In this document: positions 31,565-43,022 of the stretch, piece after piece
Position numbering within the stretch: position 1 is the first letter of the stretch
Layout of the letters: each line of letters opens with the position of its first letter
Origin: Duodenibacillus sp.
GTDB lineage: Bacteria > Pseudomonadota > Gammaproteobacteria > Burkholderiales > Burkholderiaceae_F
Length of the DNA stretch: 64,000 bases
Reading direction: 5' to 3'
Assembly (NCBI GenBank): GCA_017628205.1
Contig: JAGBZO010000039.1
Span: 35,279 to 99,278 of the forward strand
Position numbers and translations under genes: made by a program
Notes under the pieces: generated by a model
Database searches by the model: none
What the model saw: only the letters and a program-made list of their open reading frames with translations
Told to the model about the DNA's origin: nothing

Positions 31565-32065
31565 TTACTCCTTGATCGATCCGTATGCTTTCAATGCCGG
31601 GCCGTCCAAACGACAAATGCGCCAATCGTGCAACAACGTGGCGCCAAAGCTTTCGTACAAAGCTATCGCGTTCACATTCCAATCAAGCACGTTCCACTCA
31701 AATCGTTGACAGCCCTCGTCGTTGGCAAGCTTGGCCAAATGACGCAACATGGATCTGCCGAGCCCGCGGCCCCGATACTCGGGACGCACAAACAAATCCT
31801 CCAGGTGCAATCCCTTGACCCCGGTCCAAGTCGAGAAGTTATAGAAAAACAACGCAAAGCCCGCCGTGTCGACGTTTCCCTCATCATCGCGAGAACGGGC
31901 CATGATCACGCGAACCAGTCGCTCCTCAAACACGGCGCGACGGATGTGCTCGGGCGTCACATGACAGTGTTCGGGCATCTTTTCAAACTCGGCCAAATCA
32001 CGAATCATCTGAACGATAGAGTCGACGTCTTTGGGCGTTGCAAACTCAATGAAAAAATCGGGCAT
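31565..32065 (-). CDS. GNAT N-acetyltransferase (diamine/SSAT-like)
   Basis: LAEFEK, FFYNFSTWTG..GLHLEDLFVRPEYRGRGLG, VLDWN..AI..Y. Confidence 0.9.
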   Translation of the reverse strand: MPDFFIEFATPKDVDSIVQMIRDLAEFEKMPEHCHVTPEHIRRAVFEERLVRVIMARSRDDEGNVDTAGFALFFYNFSTWTGVKGLHLEDLFVRPEYRGRGLGRSMLRHLAKLANDEGCQRFEWNVLDWNVNAIALYESFGATLLHDWRICRLDGPALKAYGSIKE

Positions 32066-32229
32066 GGCTACGACAAACGGATCGAAAACTCAGCTAAACA
32101 ATTAGCTAATTGTAGCCCATAGGATAAAGCGTATAGAACGAAACACATCCTCTCCTGCGCTTCGCGTTCTCGCAAAAAAGAAAAACGACACCGCGGTGTC
32201 GTTACGTATGGGATCGCACAAATGGAAAT

Positions 32230-32325
32230 GGCGAGCCTTATCCTCGGCACTAAGTGACTTCCGCCATGGCTGCTTCGTTCCCGACCTGACCAGGTTAGCA
32301 GAGCACTTATGCGAGGGGACCCGCC
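32230..32325 (-). ncRNA. ffs: signal recognition particle 4.5S RNA
   Basis: Minus strand GGCGGGTC...CTGGTCAGGTCGGGAACGAAGCAGCCA...GGCTCGCC contains the conserved domain IV motif; usual position upstream of dnaX. Confidence 0.93.
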
Positions 32326-32521
32326 AAGGGCGACATTTTATGGAAAAACTTAAAGAATGTCTAGACAAACGCTTTTGTCGTCGAGCTTGAGCCGTCTGCT
32401 CATTCTGGATGTTGCCGTACCTTTTTCGTGCGTCCGAAAAAACAAACCTTGTGGCCTTGCGCGTTCCTGTTCGCGCTAAAATGGAACAATTCTTTGACCT
32501 ATCGAATTCAGAGTCCACGAA

Positions 32522-35188
32522 GTGAACCGCACCAAAACCGTTTACCGCAAAGATTACCGAGCATTTACCCACCGTATCGAGTCGGTCGAGCTTGATTTTG
32601 TACTCGCTCCCGAGTCTTCGATCGTCAAGAGCACCATGAAGGTCACGCCTTTGCCCAATGCCGGCACTGCCGATCTGGTGCTCGATGCCGACAGCATCGA
32701 ATTCGTTTCCGTCAGCTTGAACGGTCAATCCCTCAACGAAGCCAACTATGAATTGACCGACAAATCGCTGACGATTCGTAATGTTTGCGACCCGTGCACG
32801 ATTGACATCGTCAATCGTTTCAATGCCGCAGCCAACACGGCTCTTTCCGGTATTTATATGAGCCACGGCGCATTCATGAGTCAGTGCGAATCGGAGGGCT
32901 TCCGACGCATCACCTACTGGCCCGACCGTCCGGACGTCATGAGCCGTTTTACCGTCACCATTCACGCGGACAAGGAAACCTATCCCGTTTTGTTGTCCAA
33001 CGGCAACCTCGTCGATTTTTGCGACGAGGACGATGGAAAGCATTGGACTCGCTGGATCGACCCCTTTAACAAGCCCTCGTACCTGTTCGCGCTCGTAGCC
33101 GGGGATTTCGTCGAACGCAGCGAAACCATCAAATTGAAAAACGGCAAAGAGTCGCTTCTGCAAGTTTGGACCGAACGCCAAAATCACGAAAAGAGCGCTC
33201 ATGCGTTGGAAAGCCTTAAAAAAGCCATTCGTTGGGATGAAGAGCGTTTCGGTCTCGAACTCGATTTGGACCGCTTCATGATCGTTGCCACCGACGACTT
33301 TAATTTCGGCGCCATGGAAAACAAGGGATTGAACATTTTCAATTCCCGTTATGTCATGGCCACGCCGACCATGGCCACCGATGCCGATTATGACGCGATC
33401 GAATCGGTCGTCGGTCACGAGTACTTCCACAACTGGACGGGCAACCGCATCACGTTACGCGATTGGTTCCAGCTCACTCTCAAAGAGGGTTTGACCGTAT
33501 TCCGCGATCAAGAGTTTTCCATGGACATGGCTCCCGACGAGTCGGCCCGTGCGGTCAAGCGTATTCAGGACGTTCGCGCCCTGCGCGCTCGTCAGTTCCC
33601 TGAGGACGCCGGCCCCATGGCTCACCCGATCCGACCGGACTCGTATCAGGAAATCAATAATTTCTACACGATGACGGTCTACGAGAAAGGTGCCGAAGTT
33701 ATTCGCATGTTGCAGACCATTCTCGGGAAAGACGGCTTCCGCCAAGGGATGGACGAGTACGTTCGTCGTCATGACGGCAAGGCCGTCACCTGCGATGATT
33801 TCATCCAGGCCATGGCGGATGCCAATCACATGGACTTGACTCAATTTGCCCTGTGGTGGACTCAGGCGGGTACGCCTCGCGTCTCTTTTGAGACGGACTA
33901 CGATGCCGAGGCACGCACCTTTACCCTGCGCGCCACACAATCGACTCCCGCAACACCGGGTCAAAACACCAAGCGCTCCATGTGGATCCCCATCACCATC
34001 GGATTGCTCGACAAACACGGCAATGATCTGGCGTTGCAACTTAAGGACCACGATCAGAACGACGGACAAACGTCGCGTACGCTGATGTTGACCGAAGAGT
34101 CGATGGCCTGGACGTTCACGAATATCGATCACGCCCCCGTCGTTTCCATTGGTCGCGGCTTTTCGGCGCCCGTCATTTTCGACTATCCCTACACTCGAGA
34201 CGAACTGGCTTTTCTGGCCTGCCACGATTCCGATCCGTTCAATCGAGCCGAAGCCATGCACCGTTTGGCCTTGGACGTCCTCGGCGAAATGGTCGATCAA
34301 GCCGAGTGCGGACACGATCCTGTCGTACCGGAATCTTGGTTGAACACGTTCGGCACGTTGCTCAACAATGACTCTCTGTCCCCCGCTTTCCGTGCCACGG
34401 CATTGAGCATTCCTTCCGAATCGACAATCGGTCAGTCCCGCTCCATGATCAACCCGAGCACCATTCATCTGGCTCGAAAGAAGATGATCGCCACGATCGG
34501 CCAACGTTTCGATACGGATTTGTCAACGCAAATTCACAAGAACTTGACCTTGGGCACGTATCGACCCAACGCCGTCGACGCCGGCAAACGCATGCTCAAA
34601 AATTTGGCTTTGGAATTCTGGCTTGCCGCCGGCAGTCCCAAAGCGTTGTTGGCCGCCCGCGATCAATTTGATCACTCGGATAATTTGACGGACAAGTTGG
34701 CCGCGTTGCAATGCATCGTCAACAGTCCCAGTCCGGCCAAGCTCGAAGTACTTAACATGGCGGCCAGTCAGTGGGTTCACGATCCCTTGTTGATGAACAA
34801 ATGGTTCACCGCACAGGCCGTCGCCCTCACGCATCCGAACGAATGCCCGCTCGTCGAGCGCATTCGCACCCTCATGAGCTTTGATGTATTCTCGTTAACG
34901 AATCCGAACAATGTTTATGCGTTGGTTTACGCATTCATGACGCGAAACGAATCAGAATTCCATCGTGAGGACGGTTCCGGCTATCGCTTCTGGGAAGAGA
35001 TGGTTCTTCAACTCGACCAAGTCAATCCCCATGTAGCCGCTCGCGTTGCCCGAGCTTTGGACGGTTGGCGTCGTTACGAGCCGATGCGAGCCCGTATGAT
35101 GCACAACGCCCTTGAAAAAATCAGCCACGAACCCAATTTATCCCGTGCCGTTCGCGAAATCGTGGAAAAAGCATTGAACAACAATTAA
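32522..35188 (+). CDS. pepN: aminopeptidase N (M1)
   Basis: [52 protein letters not shown]. Confidence 0.97.
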   Translation: MNRTKTVYRKDYRAFTHRIESVELDFVLAPESSIVKSTMKVTPLPNAGTADLVLDADSIEFVSVSLNGQSLNEANYELTDKSLTIRNVCDPCTIDIVNRFNAAANTALSGIYMSHGAFMSQCESEGFRRITYWPDRPDVMSRFTVTIHADKETYPVLLSNGNLVDFCDEDDGKHWTRWIDPFNKPSYLFALVAGDFVERSETIKLKNGKESLLQVWTERQNHEKSAHALESLKKAIRWDEERFGLELDLDRFMIVATDDFNFGAMENKGLNIFNSRYVMATPTMATDADYDAIESVVGHEYFHNWTGNRITLRDWFQLTLKEGLTVFRDQEFSMDMAPDESARAVKRIQDVRALRARQFPEDAGPMAHPIRPDSYQEINNFYTMTVYEKGAEVIRMLQTILGKDGFRQGMDEYVRRHDGKAVTCDDFIQAMADANHMDLTQFALWWTQAGTPRVSFETDYDAEARTFTLRATQSTPATPGQNTKRSMWIPITIGLLDKHGNDLALQLKDHDQNDGQTSRTLMLTEESMAWTFTNIDHAPVVSIGRGFSAPVIFDYPYTRDELAFLACHDSDPFNRAEAMHRLALDVLGEMVDQAECGHDPVVPESWLNTFGTLLNNDSLSPAFRATALSIPSESTIGQSRSMINPSTIHLARKKMIATIGQRFDTDLSTQIHKNLTLGTYRPNAVDAGKRMLKNLALEFWLAAGSPKALLAARDQFDHSDNLTDKLAALQCIVNSPSPAKLEVLNMAASQWVHDPLLMNKWFTAQAVALTHPNECPLVERIRTLMSFDVFSLTNPNNVYALVYAFMTRNESEFHREDGSGYRFWEEMVLQLDQVNPHVAARVARALDGWRRYEPMRARMMHNALEKISHEPNLSRAVREIVEKALNNN

Positions 35189-35216
35189 TTCATTGACCAA
35201 AAGAGAGCCTTACACC

Positions 35217-36218
35217 ATGTCCTATACGAATTTGAAAGATTTTTTCAGTGCGGAAATTGCCGAAAACGGTATGCCGCAACAACTTGCCGATTTGCTGATC
35301 GGCATCTCCGAAACCTGCAAGCACATCAGCTTCGAAGTTAGTCGTGGCGCTTTGGCCGGCGTACTCGGCATGGCCGGAACGGAAAACGTTCAAGGCGAAG
35401 ATCAGAAGAAACTCGATGTCATCAGCAACGACTTGATGGTTGACGGTTGCGCGCGCACGGGCGCCGTATGCGGCATTGCCAGTGAAGAAATGGATCACTG
35501 CCTGACGGTTCCCGCCGACATGCCCGTCGGTCCCTATCTCGTTTGCTTCGACCCGCTTGACGGCTCGAGCAACATCGATATCAACGTGTCGATCGGTACG
35601 ATTTTCTCCGTCCTGCCGGGACCGCGCGGCGCCGATCGCAATGTGACCGATGCCGACTTCCTGCAACCGGGTTCCAATCAACTGGCCGCCGGCTACGTTG
35701 TCTACGGTCCGCAGACTCAAATGGTCTTCACGCTCGGCCGCGGCGTGCTCATGTTTACTTTGGATCGCGAATCCAACGAATTCGTTTTGACCAACGCTAC
35801 CGTTCAAATTCCTGCTGCCGCCAAGGAATTTGCCATCAACTGCTCCAACATGCGTCACTGGGAAAATCCTGTGAAACGCTACATTGCCGAACTGCTTGAA
35901 GGCAAAACCGGCGTGCGAGGCAAGGATTTCAACATGCGATGGGTGGCCGCCATGGTGGCCGAAGTTCATCGTATCTTGAACCGAGGCGGGATTTTCATGT
36001 ATCCCCGCGACAATCGCGACCCCTGCAAGCCCGGCAAGTTGCGCCTGATGTACGAAGCCAACCCGATGAGTTGGCTCGTAGAACAAGCCGGCGGTCGTGC
36101 AACCAACGGTTACGACCGTATCCTTGGCATCCAACCCGAAACGTTGCACCAACGCGTCGCCGTCTTCCTTGGGGCGGCCGAAGAAGTCGATTTGGTCGGC
36201 AGCTATCACAAGGAATAA
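35217..36218 (+). CDS. fbp: class 1 fructose-1,6-bisphosphatase
   Basis: [39 protein letters not shown]. Confidence 0.96.
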   Translation: MSYTNLKDFFSAEIAENGMPQQLADLLIGISETCKHISFEVSRGALAGVLGMAGTENVQGEDQKKLDVISNDLMVDGCARTGAVCGIASEEMDHCLTVPADMPVGPYLVCFDPLDGSSNIDINVSIGTIFSVLPGPRGADRNVTDADFLQPGSNQLAAGYVVYGPQTQMVFTLGRGVLMFTLDRESNEFVLTNATVQIPAAAKEFAINCSNMRHWENPVKRYIAELLEGKTGVRGKDFNMRWVAAMVAEVHRILNRGGIFMYPRDNRDPCKPGKLRLMYEANPMSWLVEQAGGRATNGYDRILGIQPETLHQRVAVFLGAAEEVDLVGSYHKE

Positions 36219-36241
36219 CCCGTTTCTTAAGGAGTCATTTC

Positions 36242-36535
36242 ATGAAACAGCGTGTTTGTGTTTGCCTTTTTTGTTGTGCGGCCCTCATGTCTTTCAGCGC
36301 CGGGGCGCAGACCACGGCGAAAGAGGATTTACAAGCCAGTTGGTCCGCTTTGAAAGAAAGCGCCTCAAAATCCTGGAGCGCCACGAAAAAAGCATCCAAA
36401 CAGGGCTGGGAAAGCACGAAAGAAATGACCCAATCCGGGCTTGACAAGGCTGGCGAGCTCGGAAAAGACGGGTGGCAGGCTACGAAAGACGCTTTCAACG
36501 ACGCCAAACGCAGCGTTCATGAAATGACCAAGTAA
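36242..36535 (+). CDS. small exported protein with 11-residue amphipathic repeats
   Basis: AAGGAG RBS, signal peptide ending AGA, repeats such as LKESASKSWSA / TKKASKQGWES. Confidence 0.7.
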   Translation: MKQRVCVCLFCCAALMSFSAGAQTTAKEDLQASWSALKESASKSWSATKKASKQGWESTKEMTQSGLDKAGELGKDGWQATKDAFNDAKRSVHEMTK

Positions 36536-36558
36536 CCAAAACGCTTGAGCCATATGAC

Positions 36559-36589
36559 AAAACACCGCACCTTTCGGGTGCGGTGTTTT
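36559..36589. terminator. bidirectional terminator
   Basis: AAAACACCGCACC-TTTCG-GGTGCGGTGTTTT between convergent genes. Confidence 0.85.
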
Positions 36590-36612
36590 CGTTTTATCTT
36601 GAAGAGCGACGC

Positions 36613-37218
36613 TTAACCAAGCAGGCTCTTAAGAAATCCCTTTTTCGGTTCGGCCTCGGGAGATTCTTCCTTGGCCGTTGCCTCGGGAGTCGCTTCGGTC
36701 GTTTCCGGAACATCGCACTGCAGTTGCTTGGTCAACGCATCCACTTTGGCGTTGAGCGATCGAACCTCCTGAAGCAACGACTCGACACTTTGAACCTCCT
36801 TGCTCAATTGTTCCATCGACGCGTTGATCCCGGCCAATCGTTCATTGACGATCTGAGCGGAGCTTTCAATGCGTTGAGACATCTTGGCATCGACGCCTTC
36901 GACAGCCTCTTGCAACGCTTTGCGCGCTTCTTCCAAACGCGATTGCTCTGCATGATCGGCCAAAGACTTACTCGAGTTGGCCTCCTTATAGGCACGACGC
37001 AATTCCATGAGCGTCGAGGCGCGTTGCAACAAGGCCCAGATGATGCCGACGATCCAGAGCGTGCCAAACCCGATCAGCAGCAACAACCCCAAGGGCGCGG
37101 TAATCTCGGTGTACACAAGGTTGACAGGAACCGGTGCCACGATGGCCGGCCAGTTCACAACCAAAAATAGTGCTGCCACCGCAGCCAAAAAAATCAGAAT
37201 TACCGATCGGATAGCCAT
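36613..37218 (-). CDS. LapA-like membrane protein with C-terminal coiled coil
   Basis: Two N-terminal TM segments (VNW...PVNL...APLGLLLL) then a heptad-rich helix. Confidence 0.6.
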   Translation of the reverse strand: MAIRSVILIFLAAVAALFLVVNWPAIVAPVPVNLVYTEITAPLGLLLLIGFGTLWIVGIIWALLQRASTLMELRRAYKEANSSKSLADHAEQSRLEEARKALQEAVEGVDAKMSQRIESSAQIVNERLAGINASMEQLSKEVQSVESLLQEVRSLNAKVDALTKQLQCDVPETTEATPEATAKEESPEAEPKKGFLKSLLG

Positions 37219-37422
37219 AAAACAAACTCCAAAGGACGTTTAGTCTCTGTTCCGATTATAACTATCAACTTCCTTGCATTGGAAAAGAACGTTCGGTTTT
37301 TCTCTTGCAGAAGCGAGACGGGGCTTTTCCGTTTGCAACGACGTGAGGGCTTGTTCTCGCCCGCTTTGACTCAAAAGCTCTTGTGTATACTGTGTTTTTT
37401 CCACCTGATGATTGGATCTCCC

Positions 37423-38070
37423 ATGGACAACGACCGTCAATTTCCGAATCTCACGATTATCAATCATCCGCTGATCCAACATAAATTGACGATCATGCGG
37501 CAGAAAGACACCAGCAGCAACGTCTTTCGTCAGCTTCTGAAGGAAATTACGTACCTGATGGGCTATGAAATCACCCGGGATCTACCTCTTTCGCTGCGAC
37601 CGATCGAAACGCCATTGGCCAAAATGAAAGCTCCGACGTTGGCGGGAAAAAAACAAGCCCTGGTCGCCGTGTTGCGCGCCGGTCTCGGCATGATCGACGG
37701 GTTGCTTTCCTTGATGCCCGCCGCTCGTATCGGCCACATCGGCCTATACCGTGACGAGAATAAACGACCGGTCGAATATTTGGTGCGTTTGCCTAGCACG
37801 GCCGATCGCATGTTCATCGTGTGCGATCCCATGATTGCGACCGGTTACTCCGCCGCGCACGCGGTCGACGTTTTGATCGAGCACGGCGTCGATCCGAAAC
37901 ACATCAAGTTCTTGGCGTTGGTCGTTTCACCCGAAGGGATGGAAATCTTTCATAAAGCCCACCCCGACGTGGAAGTTTTTGCTGCCAGCCTTGACGATCA
38001 GCTCGATGAACATGCTTATATTGTTCCCGGTTTGGGGGATGCGGGAGACCGCCTGTTCGGCACGAAATAA
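37423..38070 (+). CDS. upp: uracil phosphoribosyltransferase
   Basis: [47 protein letters not shown]. Confidence 0.97.
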   Translation: MDNDRQFPNLTIINHPLIQHKLTIMRQKDTSSNVFRQLLKEITYLMGYEITRDLPLSLRPIETPLAKMKAPTLAGKKQALVAVLRAGLGMIDGLLSLMPAARIGHIGLYRDENKRPVEYLVRLPSTADRMFIVCDPMIATGYSAAHAVDVLIEHGVDPKHIKFLALVVSPEGMEIFHKAHPDVEVFAASLDDQLDEHAYIVPGLGDAGDRLFGTK

Positions 38071-38087
38071 AGGACACGAACGACTCG

Positions 38088-38119
38088 AAGCTCGGCTTTG
38101 CCGAGCTTTTTCTTTTTTT
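38088..38119 (+). terminator. terminator after upp
   Basis: AAGCTCGGC-TTT-GCCGAGCTT plus T-run. Confidence 0.85.
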
Positions 38120-38392
38120 ATCTAGAAGAAACTACCTAATTTTCTATTTTTCTTGTTTTTTAAGTGTTAACACCTATATGACATGCATGAATTGGCAATC
38201 TAATGTAAAACCACATAGGGTTAACACTAATTTTTGTTGTTTTATGCCATGATCTTTTTTAGAAAATGCTTCAAACTTTTGACAAAAATCAATATTAAGA
38301 TAGCCTGAAGAGAGCATCATTACGTCATAAAAATGAGTCGCTGTCTATCCAGCGACAACCCCCAAATTTTTATTAACCAAAGGAAGTTTGTC

Positions 38393-39181
38393 ATGACGAC
38401 TCCTGAACAAATCAAATTCGCACACACCCCGGCCGGTGACGAAGTCATCGCTGGCGTTACGCTCAAGGACGCCAAGCGCGCCAGCAAGTGGCCCGCATAC
38501 GTCGACGTTGCTCAGTCCGTAACCGGCGCCATCCTCGGTCTCTTCTTGTTCTGCCACATGGCCTTCACGAGCTCCATTCAGGTCAGCAAGGACTTGTTCT
38601 GGAACTTGATCCAGGTTTCCGGCGGTACGCCCGTTTTCGGTGAAGAACAGGTTTGGTTGCACTTCGTTTTCGTTGGCTTCATCACCTTGTGCGTCATCAT
38701 CCACGCTTTGTGCGCTTTGCGTCGTTTCCCGACCTCTTACAAGCAGTACCGTGACATCCGTGCTCACGTCAAGTTCGTTCACCACACCGACTCCACGTTG
38801 TGGCTGATCCAGTTGATCACGGCCGTTATCCTCACCGGTACCGTATTCCCCCACGTTATGGGCATGTTGACCAGCCCGCACGACATCGATCCCAACTTGT
38901 CCTCCGTTCACACCTATCACATGGGTATGATCTGGACGTTGATCTTCCTCGTTGCCACGGAATTGCACGGCATGATCGGTCTGTACCGCGTTGCCGTTAA
39001 GTGGGACGTCATCAAGGGTCGTGCTCACGGTCTGCGCAAGGCCATGGTCATCATCTCCTTGGCTATGATCGCTTGCGGTTCCTTGACGGCTTGGACCTAC
39101 TACTCCAACGGTAAGGAACTCGTTGAAAACGGTCAGGCTGCTACCCGCTATGTTCCGACCCAGAACTGGTTCGCCAAGTAA
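38393..39181 (+). CDS. frdC: fumarate reductase diheme cytochrome b subunit (Wolinella/Campylobacter type), orphan
   Basis: D..QS.TG..L.LF..HM, HA..A.R.FP, H.D..LW..Q..T, ELHG..GLYR.AVKW; five TM segments. Confidence 0.88.
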   Translation: MTTPEQIKFAHTPAGDEVIAGVTLKDAKRASKWPAYVDVAQSVTGAILGLFLFCHMAFTSSIQVSKDLFWNLIQVSGGTPVFGEEQVWLHFVFVGFITLCVIIHALCALRRFPTSYKQYRDIRAHVKFVHHTDSTLWLIQLITAVILTGTVFPHVMGMLTSPHDIDPNLSSVHTYHMGMIWTLIFLVATELHGMIGLYRVAVKWDVIKGRAHGLRKAMVIISLAMIACGSLTAWTYYSNGKELVENGQAATRYVPTQNWFAK

Positions 39182-39206
39182 TCTCTTCTGAGATGACTGA
39201 ATGAAC

Positions 39207-39243
39207 AAAAAGCGCTTCCCTTAAAAGGAAGCGCTTTTTTTTT
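39207..39243 (+). terminator. terminator after frdC
   Basis: AAAAGCGCTTCC...GGAAGCGCTTTT plus T-run. Confidence 0.85.
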
Positions 39244-39323
39244 CGATCTTCACGGATGACGTTCGCTCTGTGATTTATTAACTACAATAAAACACTTCCT
39301 CTTTTTGTCTCACGAGGCCGGTC

Positions 39324-40076
39324 ATGAGAGAAGCTCTAATATGGTTGCAGGTCGAGACCCAGTTGCTCAAAGCCATTCGTAGCGGCACATACCCGGTTGG
39401 GTCAACCTTGCCGACCGAAGCCGAACTGCAAGCCGCGTTCAATTGCTCGCGCCATACGGTTCGTACGGCGCTCGAACATTTGGCCAACCAGGGCTATATC
39501 AACCGTCGACCTCGCATCGGTTCAGTCGTCCTGCATAACGGTTCGCACAAAAAGCAACGCGTCGTCATGCCGTCGGCCAGCGCTCTGTTGCCTTCGTGCG
39601 AAGGGCTGTCGCTCAAATTTCTCGGCGACTCATTCATCACCGCCGACAAGTCGTTGGCCTCGTTGCTCGAATTGCCCTTAGGGACCGCGCTGTTTTGCTT
39701 CAGCTTCATTCAATACGCCATTGTCAGCGGTGACAACTGGCCGACGTTAGCTCGTTTGAAATACTACATTCCCGTCAACAACACGGACTCGAGCGTTGCG
39801 GACGCTCTGGCACGCAAGTTACGCCAAGCCAGTAGTTGGGGAACGCTTTTTCCCGAAGATCTTCTGACCGACGAACTGAACGTCAACTACGCAAAGTTAC
39901 ACACTCGAATCACTTTGGAAGCCGTGCTGGAATCCGAAAAGCACGATGCCGTCGGCCGCGTACTGCAACTCAACCGTCGATTTGTCGATGACGCCGACAG
40001 AACGATGATGGTCTGTTTGAGCCGACATTACGACGGCCTGGAACTGTCAATCACCACCGAATCGATTTCCGGTTAA
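39324..40076 (+). CDS. GntR family regulator (HutC/UTRA-like, divergent C-terminus)
   Basis: LPTEAELQAAFNCSRHTVRTAL..L..QGYI.RRPRIGS HTH. Confidence 0.8.
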   Translation: MREALIWLQVETQLLKAIRSGTYPVGSTLPTEAELQAAFNCSRHTVRTALEHLANQGYINRRPRIGSVVLHNGSHKKQRVVMPSASALLPSCEGLSLKFLGDSFITADKSLASLLELPLGTALFCFSFIQYAIVSGDNWPTLARLKYYIPVNNTDSSVADALARKLRQASSWGTLFPEDLLTDELNVNYAKLHTRITLEAVLESEKHDAVGRVLQLNRRFVDDADRTMMVCLSRHYDGLELSITTESISG

Positions 40077-40078
40077 TT

Positions 40079-42898
40079 TCAACGTCGGGTCGAGAGCCCA
40101 TCCACGGCTTGTTTCAGGTAATACCCCGTCAAGCTGTTCGGGGTGTTCATCACTTGCTCGGGAGTCCCCTCCACAACCAAGTCCCCTCCGTTATGACCGC
40201 CGTCGGGACCGATATCGACAATCCAGTCGGCAAGTCGAATGACGTCCAAATTGTGTTCGATGACGATCACCGTGTTGCCCAACGCCGTCAAACGTCGCAA
40301 CACACACATCAAAGCGGCCACATCGTCAAAATGCAAGCCTGTCGTCGGTTCGTCCAAAACATACAACGTGCGCCCCGTATCGCGACGCGACAACTCTTCG
40401 GCCAACTTGATGCGTTGAGCCTCGCCGCCTGAAAAAGTCGTCGCACTTTGTCCCAATCGAATATAGCCGAGCCCCACATCGGAAAGCATTTGCAACTTGC
40501 GAACGACCGCAGGCCACACGGAAAAAAACTCCAGCGCCTCGTGAACCGTCATTTCCAAAACGTCGGCAATGGATTTTCCCCGATACTTGACCTCCAAGGT
40601 TTCTCGGTTGTATCGACGCCCCATACAGGTCGAGCACGTGACGTAAACGGGCGGCAAGAATCCCATTTCAATCTTGATTTGACCGTCGCCTTCACACGCT
40701 TCACAACGTCCTCCCGGCGTATTGAATGAGAAACGTCCCGTATCGTAACCGCGTTCTTTCGCGGCCTGCGTCGTGGCAAACACCTCGCGAATCAACGTGA
40801 ACAATCCGGTATAGGTCGCCGGGTTGGATCGCGGCGTTTTGCCAATGGGACTTTGGTCGACGTCGATGATTTTGTCGAAATAGTCCAACCCCTCGATACG
40901 CTCGTAAGGCAACGCCAGCTCTTTGCTCTTGTAAAAATGTCGGCGCAAAGCGGCGGCCAACGTGTCGTTGATGAGCGTTGATTTTCCCGAGCCCGACACG
41001 CCGGTCACGACAGAAATGGCCCCGACAGGAAAATGACAGGTCAAATTCTTGAGGTTGTGTCCCTTGGCGCCGACAAGTCGCAACGAGCAAGCCGTCGGAT
41101 TTTCCATCGGTTCTACTTCCGCATGAACGATCGAGGCGCCGGACAAATACGCGCCGGTCTTGGACTCCGGCACGCGCGAGATTTCATCGGGAGTACCCGC
41201 CGCCACGACATAGCCTCCCAACTCTCCCGCCCCGGGCCCCATGTCGACCACATAGTCGGCTGCACGAATCACGTCGATATCATGCTCGACGACGACAAGC
41301 GTATTGCCGGCATCGGTGAGTCGACGCATCATCTTGATCAACTTTTCATTGTCTCGTTGGTGAAGGCCGATAGTCGGCTCGTCAAGCACGTAAGTGACAC
41401 CCGTCAATCCGGAACCAATCTGCCCGGCCAACCGAATGCGTTGCATTTCACCGCCCGAAAGCGTTTTTGCCTCTCGACTCAGAGTGAGATACCCCAAACC
41501 GACGTCAACGAGAAAACCAACGCGTTTTTTAATTTCCGCCAACGGTCCGGCGGCGATTTGTCGTTGCTCCTCGCTCAGCGTCAAACGGTCCAATCGGGAG
41601 TACAAATCGTCCAGCGACAAAGCCGAAACCTCGACAATGTTCAACTTGTCCGCCCCCGTTCCCAAAAAAACGGAATGCACTTCTTTACGATAGCGAGCGC
41701 CCGAGCATTCCGGGCACGGCGCAATGCGGCGCATCGTTCGCAATCCCGCCTTGGTACCCTCGCTACGAGCGCCCTGCCACTGTTTGTCGAGCAAAGGAAT
41801 CACGCCGTCAAAGTCGACCGGCACTTTCATTCCTTTTTCGCGTAGTGCGTCCGAACCGTATAGCACGACCGTTTGCGCCCACTCCGGCAAACGATTCCAC
41901 GGTTCGTTCAACGAAAAACTCATGGCTCCCGCCAACTGAACGATTTGAGAGAAATTCACGCGATTTCGAGGGGAGTAGCCGCAAACCGCCCCTTCAAACA
42001 AACTGAGTTTGGGGTCTTTGACAACGATATTCGGATCGAACTGTTCCAAAATACCGGCCCCCTCGCACTTGGGGCACGCCCCCAACGCGTTGTTAAAACT
42101 GAACATGGCAGGCGACAAGTCCCCCATTGCATAACCGCAAACGGAGCAACCGTACTTGAGGTTGAAGTCGATGCGTTCGTCGGACGCCAAGTTGATCAAC
42201 CCCGCCTTGCCTTCCGTCAACTTCGCCGCCGTTTCAAAGCTTTCGGCCAAGCGCGTGCGAGCCAAATCGCTGATCTTGAGACGATCGACGACAACGTCGA
42301 TATCGTGCGCTACGTTCGCATCAATACCGCCGAGCTCCTCGCAAAGACAAACCGCGCCGTCCACGAGCAAGCGCACGTACCCGCGGCGCGTCATTTCCTT
42401 GCCCACCATCAGGGGATCGACAAGTCCCTTTCTTACGATGGGGGCCACAATCATCACCTTCGTGTCCACGGGCAGGCTTAAAGCCGTATCCACCATGTCG
42501 TGAATGCCGCTGCGTCGCAATGGTTCGCCGTGCGTCGGACAATACGGCACGCCGGCACGCGAAAAAAGCAAACGCAAATAATCGGAGATTTCCGTAATCG
42601 TCGACACGGTGGAACGAGACGAAGGCGTTGCCGTATGCTGTTCGATGGATATCGAGGGCGACAGTCCCTCGATGGCATCCACGTCGGGCTTGTCCATCAC
42701 GTCCATGAATTGGCGCGCATAAGATGAAACGCTTTCAGCGTAACGACGTTGCCCCTCGGCGTACAACGTATCGAATGCCAACGAACTCTTGCCGGAGCCG
42801 GACAACCCGGTCACAACGACAAAACGATTGCGCGGAATATCCAAATCGATATTCTTCAAATTGTGCGTGCGAGCGCCTCGGATGCGAATTGTTTCCAT
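40079..42898 (-). CDS. uvrA: excinuclease ABC subunit A
   Basis: GARTHNLKN, two Walker A motifs (GLSGSGKS, GVSGSGKS), zinc fingers, LSGGE, LDEPT. Confidence 0.97.
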   Translation of the reverse strand: METIRIRGARTHNLKNIDLDIPRNRFVVVTGLSGSGKSSLAFDTLYAEGQRRYAESVSSYARQFMDVMDKPDVDAIEGLSPSISIEQHTATPSSRSTVSTITEISDYLRLLFSRAGVPYCPTHGEPLRRSGIHDMVDTALSLPVDTKVMIVAPIVRKGLVDPLMVGKEMTRRGYVRLLVDGAVCLCEELGGIDANVAHDIDVVVDRLKISDLARTRLAESFETAAKLTEGKAGLINLASDERIDFNLKYGCSVCGYAMGDLSPAMFSFNNALGACPKCEGAGILEQFDPNIVVKDPKLSLFEGAVCGYSPRNRVNFSQIVQLAGAMSFSLNEPWNRLPEWAQTVVLYGSDALREKGMKVPVDFDGVIPLLDKQWQGARSEGTKAGLRTMRRIAPCPECSGARYRKEVHSVFLGTGADKLNIVEVSALSLDDLYSRLDRLTLSEEQRQIAAGPLAEIKKRVGFLVDVGLGYLTLSREAKTLSGGEMQRIRLAGQIGSGLTGVTYVLDEPTIGLHQRDNEKLIKMMRRLTDAGNTLVVVEHDIDVIRAADYVVDMGPGAGELGGYVVAAGTPDEISRVPESKTGAYLSGASIVHAEVEPMENPTACSLRLVGAKGHNLKNLTCHFPVGAISVVTGVSGSGKSTLINDTLAAALRRHFYKSKELALPYERIEGLDYFDKIIDVDQSPIGKTPRSNPATYTGLFTLIREVFATTQAAKERGYDTGRFSFNTPGGRCEACEGDGQIKIEMGFLPPVYVTCSTCMGRRYNRETLEVKYRGKSIADVLEMTVHEALEFFSVWPAVVRKLQMLSDVGLGYIRLGQSATTFSGGEAQRIKLAEELSRRDTGRTLYVLDEPTTGLHFDDVAALMCVLRRLTALGNTVIVIEHNLDVIRLADWIVDIGPDGGHNGGDLVVEGTPEQVMNTPNSLTGYYLKQAVDGLSTRR

Positions 42899-43022
42899 AA
42901 TTTATCGCGACGACGTCTTAAGAAATGAGAAAAACCAATTGACTAATATAACCGAAACTTGCGTTAATCGCACCGTCGCCGTTATCTGAATCGACAACGG
43001 CCATCAACTGTATTTTCTCATT

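Noticed and set aside
42899-43022. Possible LexA box between uvrA and the MFS gene (CTGTATTTTCTCATTA at 43008)
   Set aside because: The right half does not match CTG-N10-CAG.
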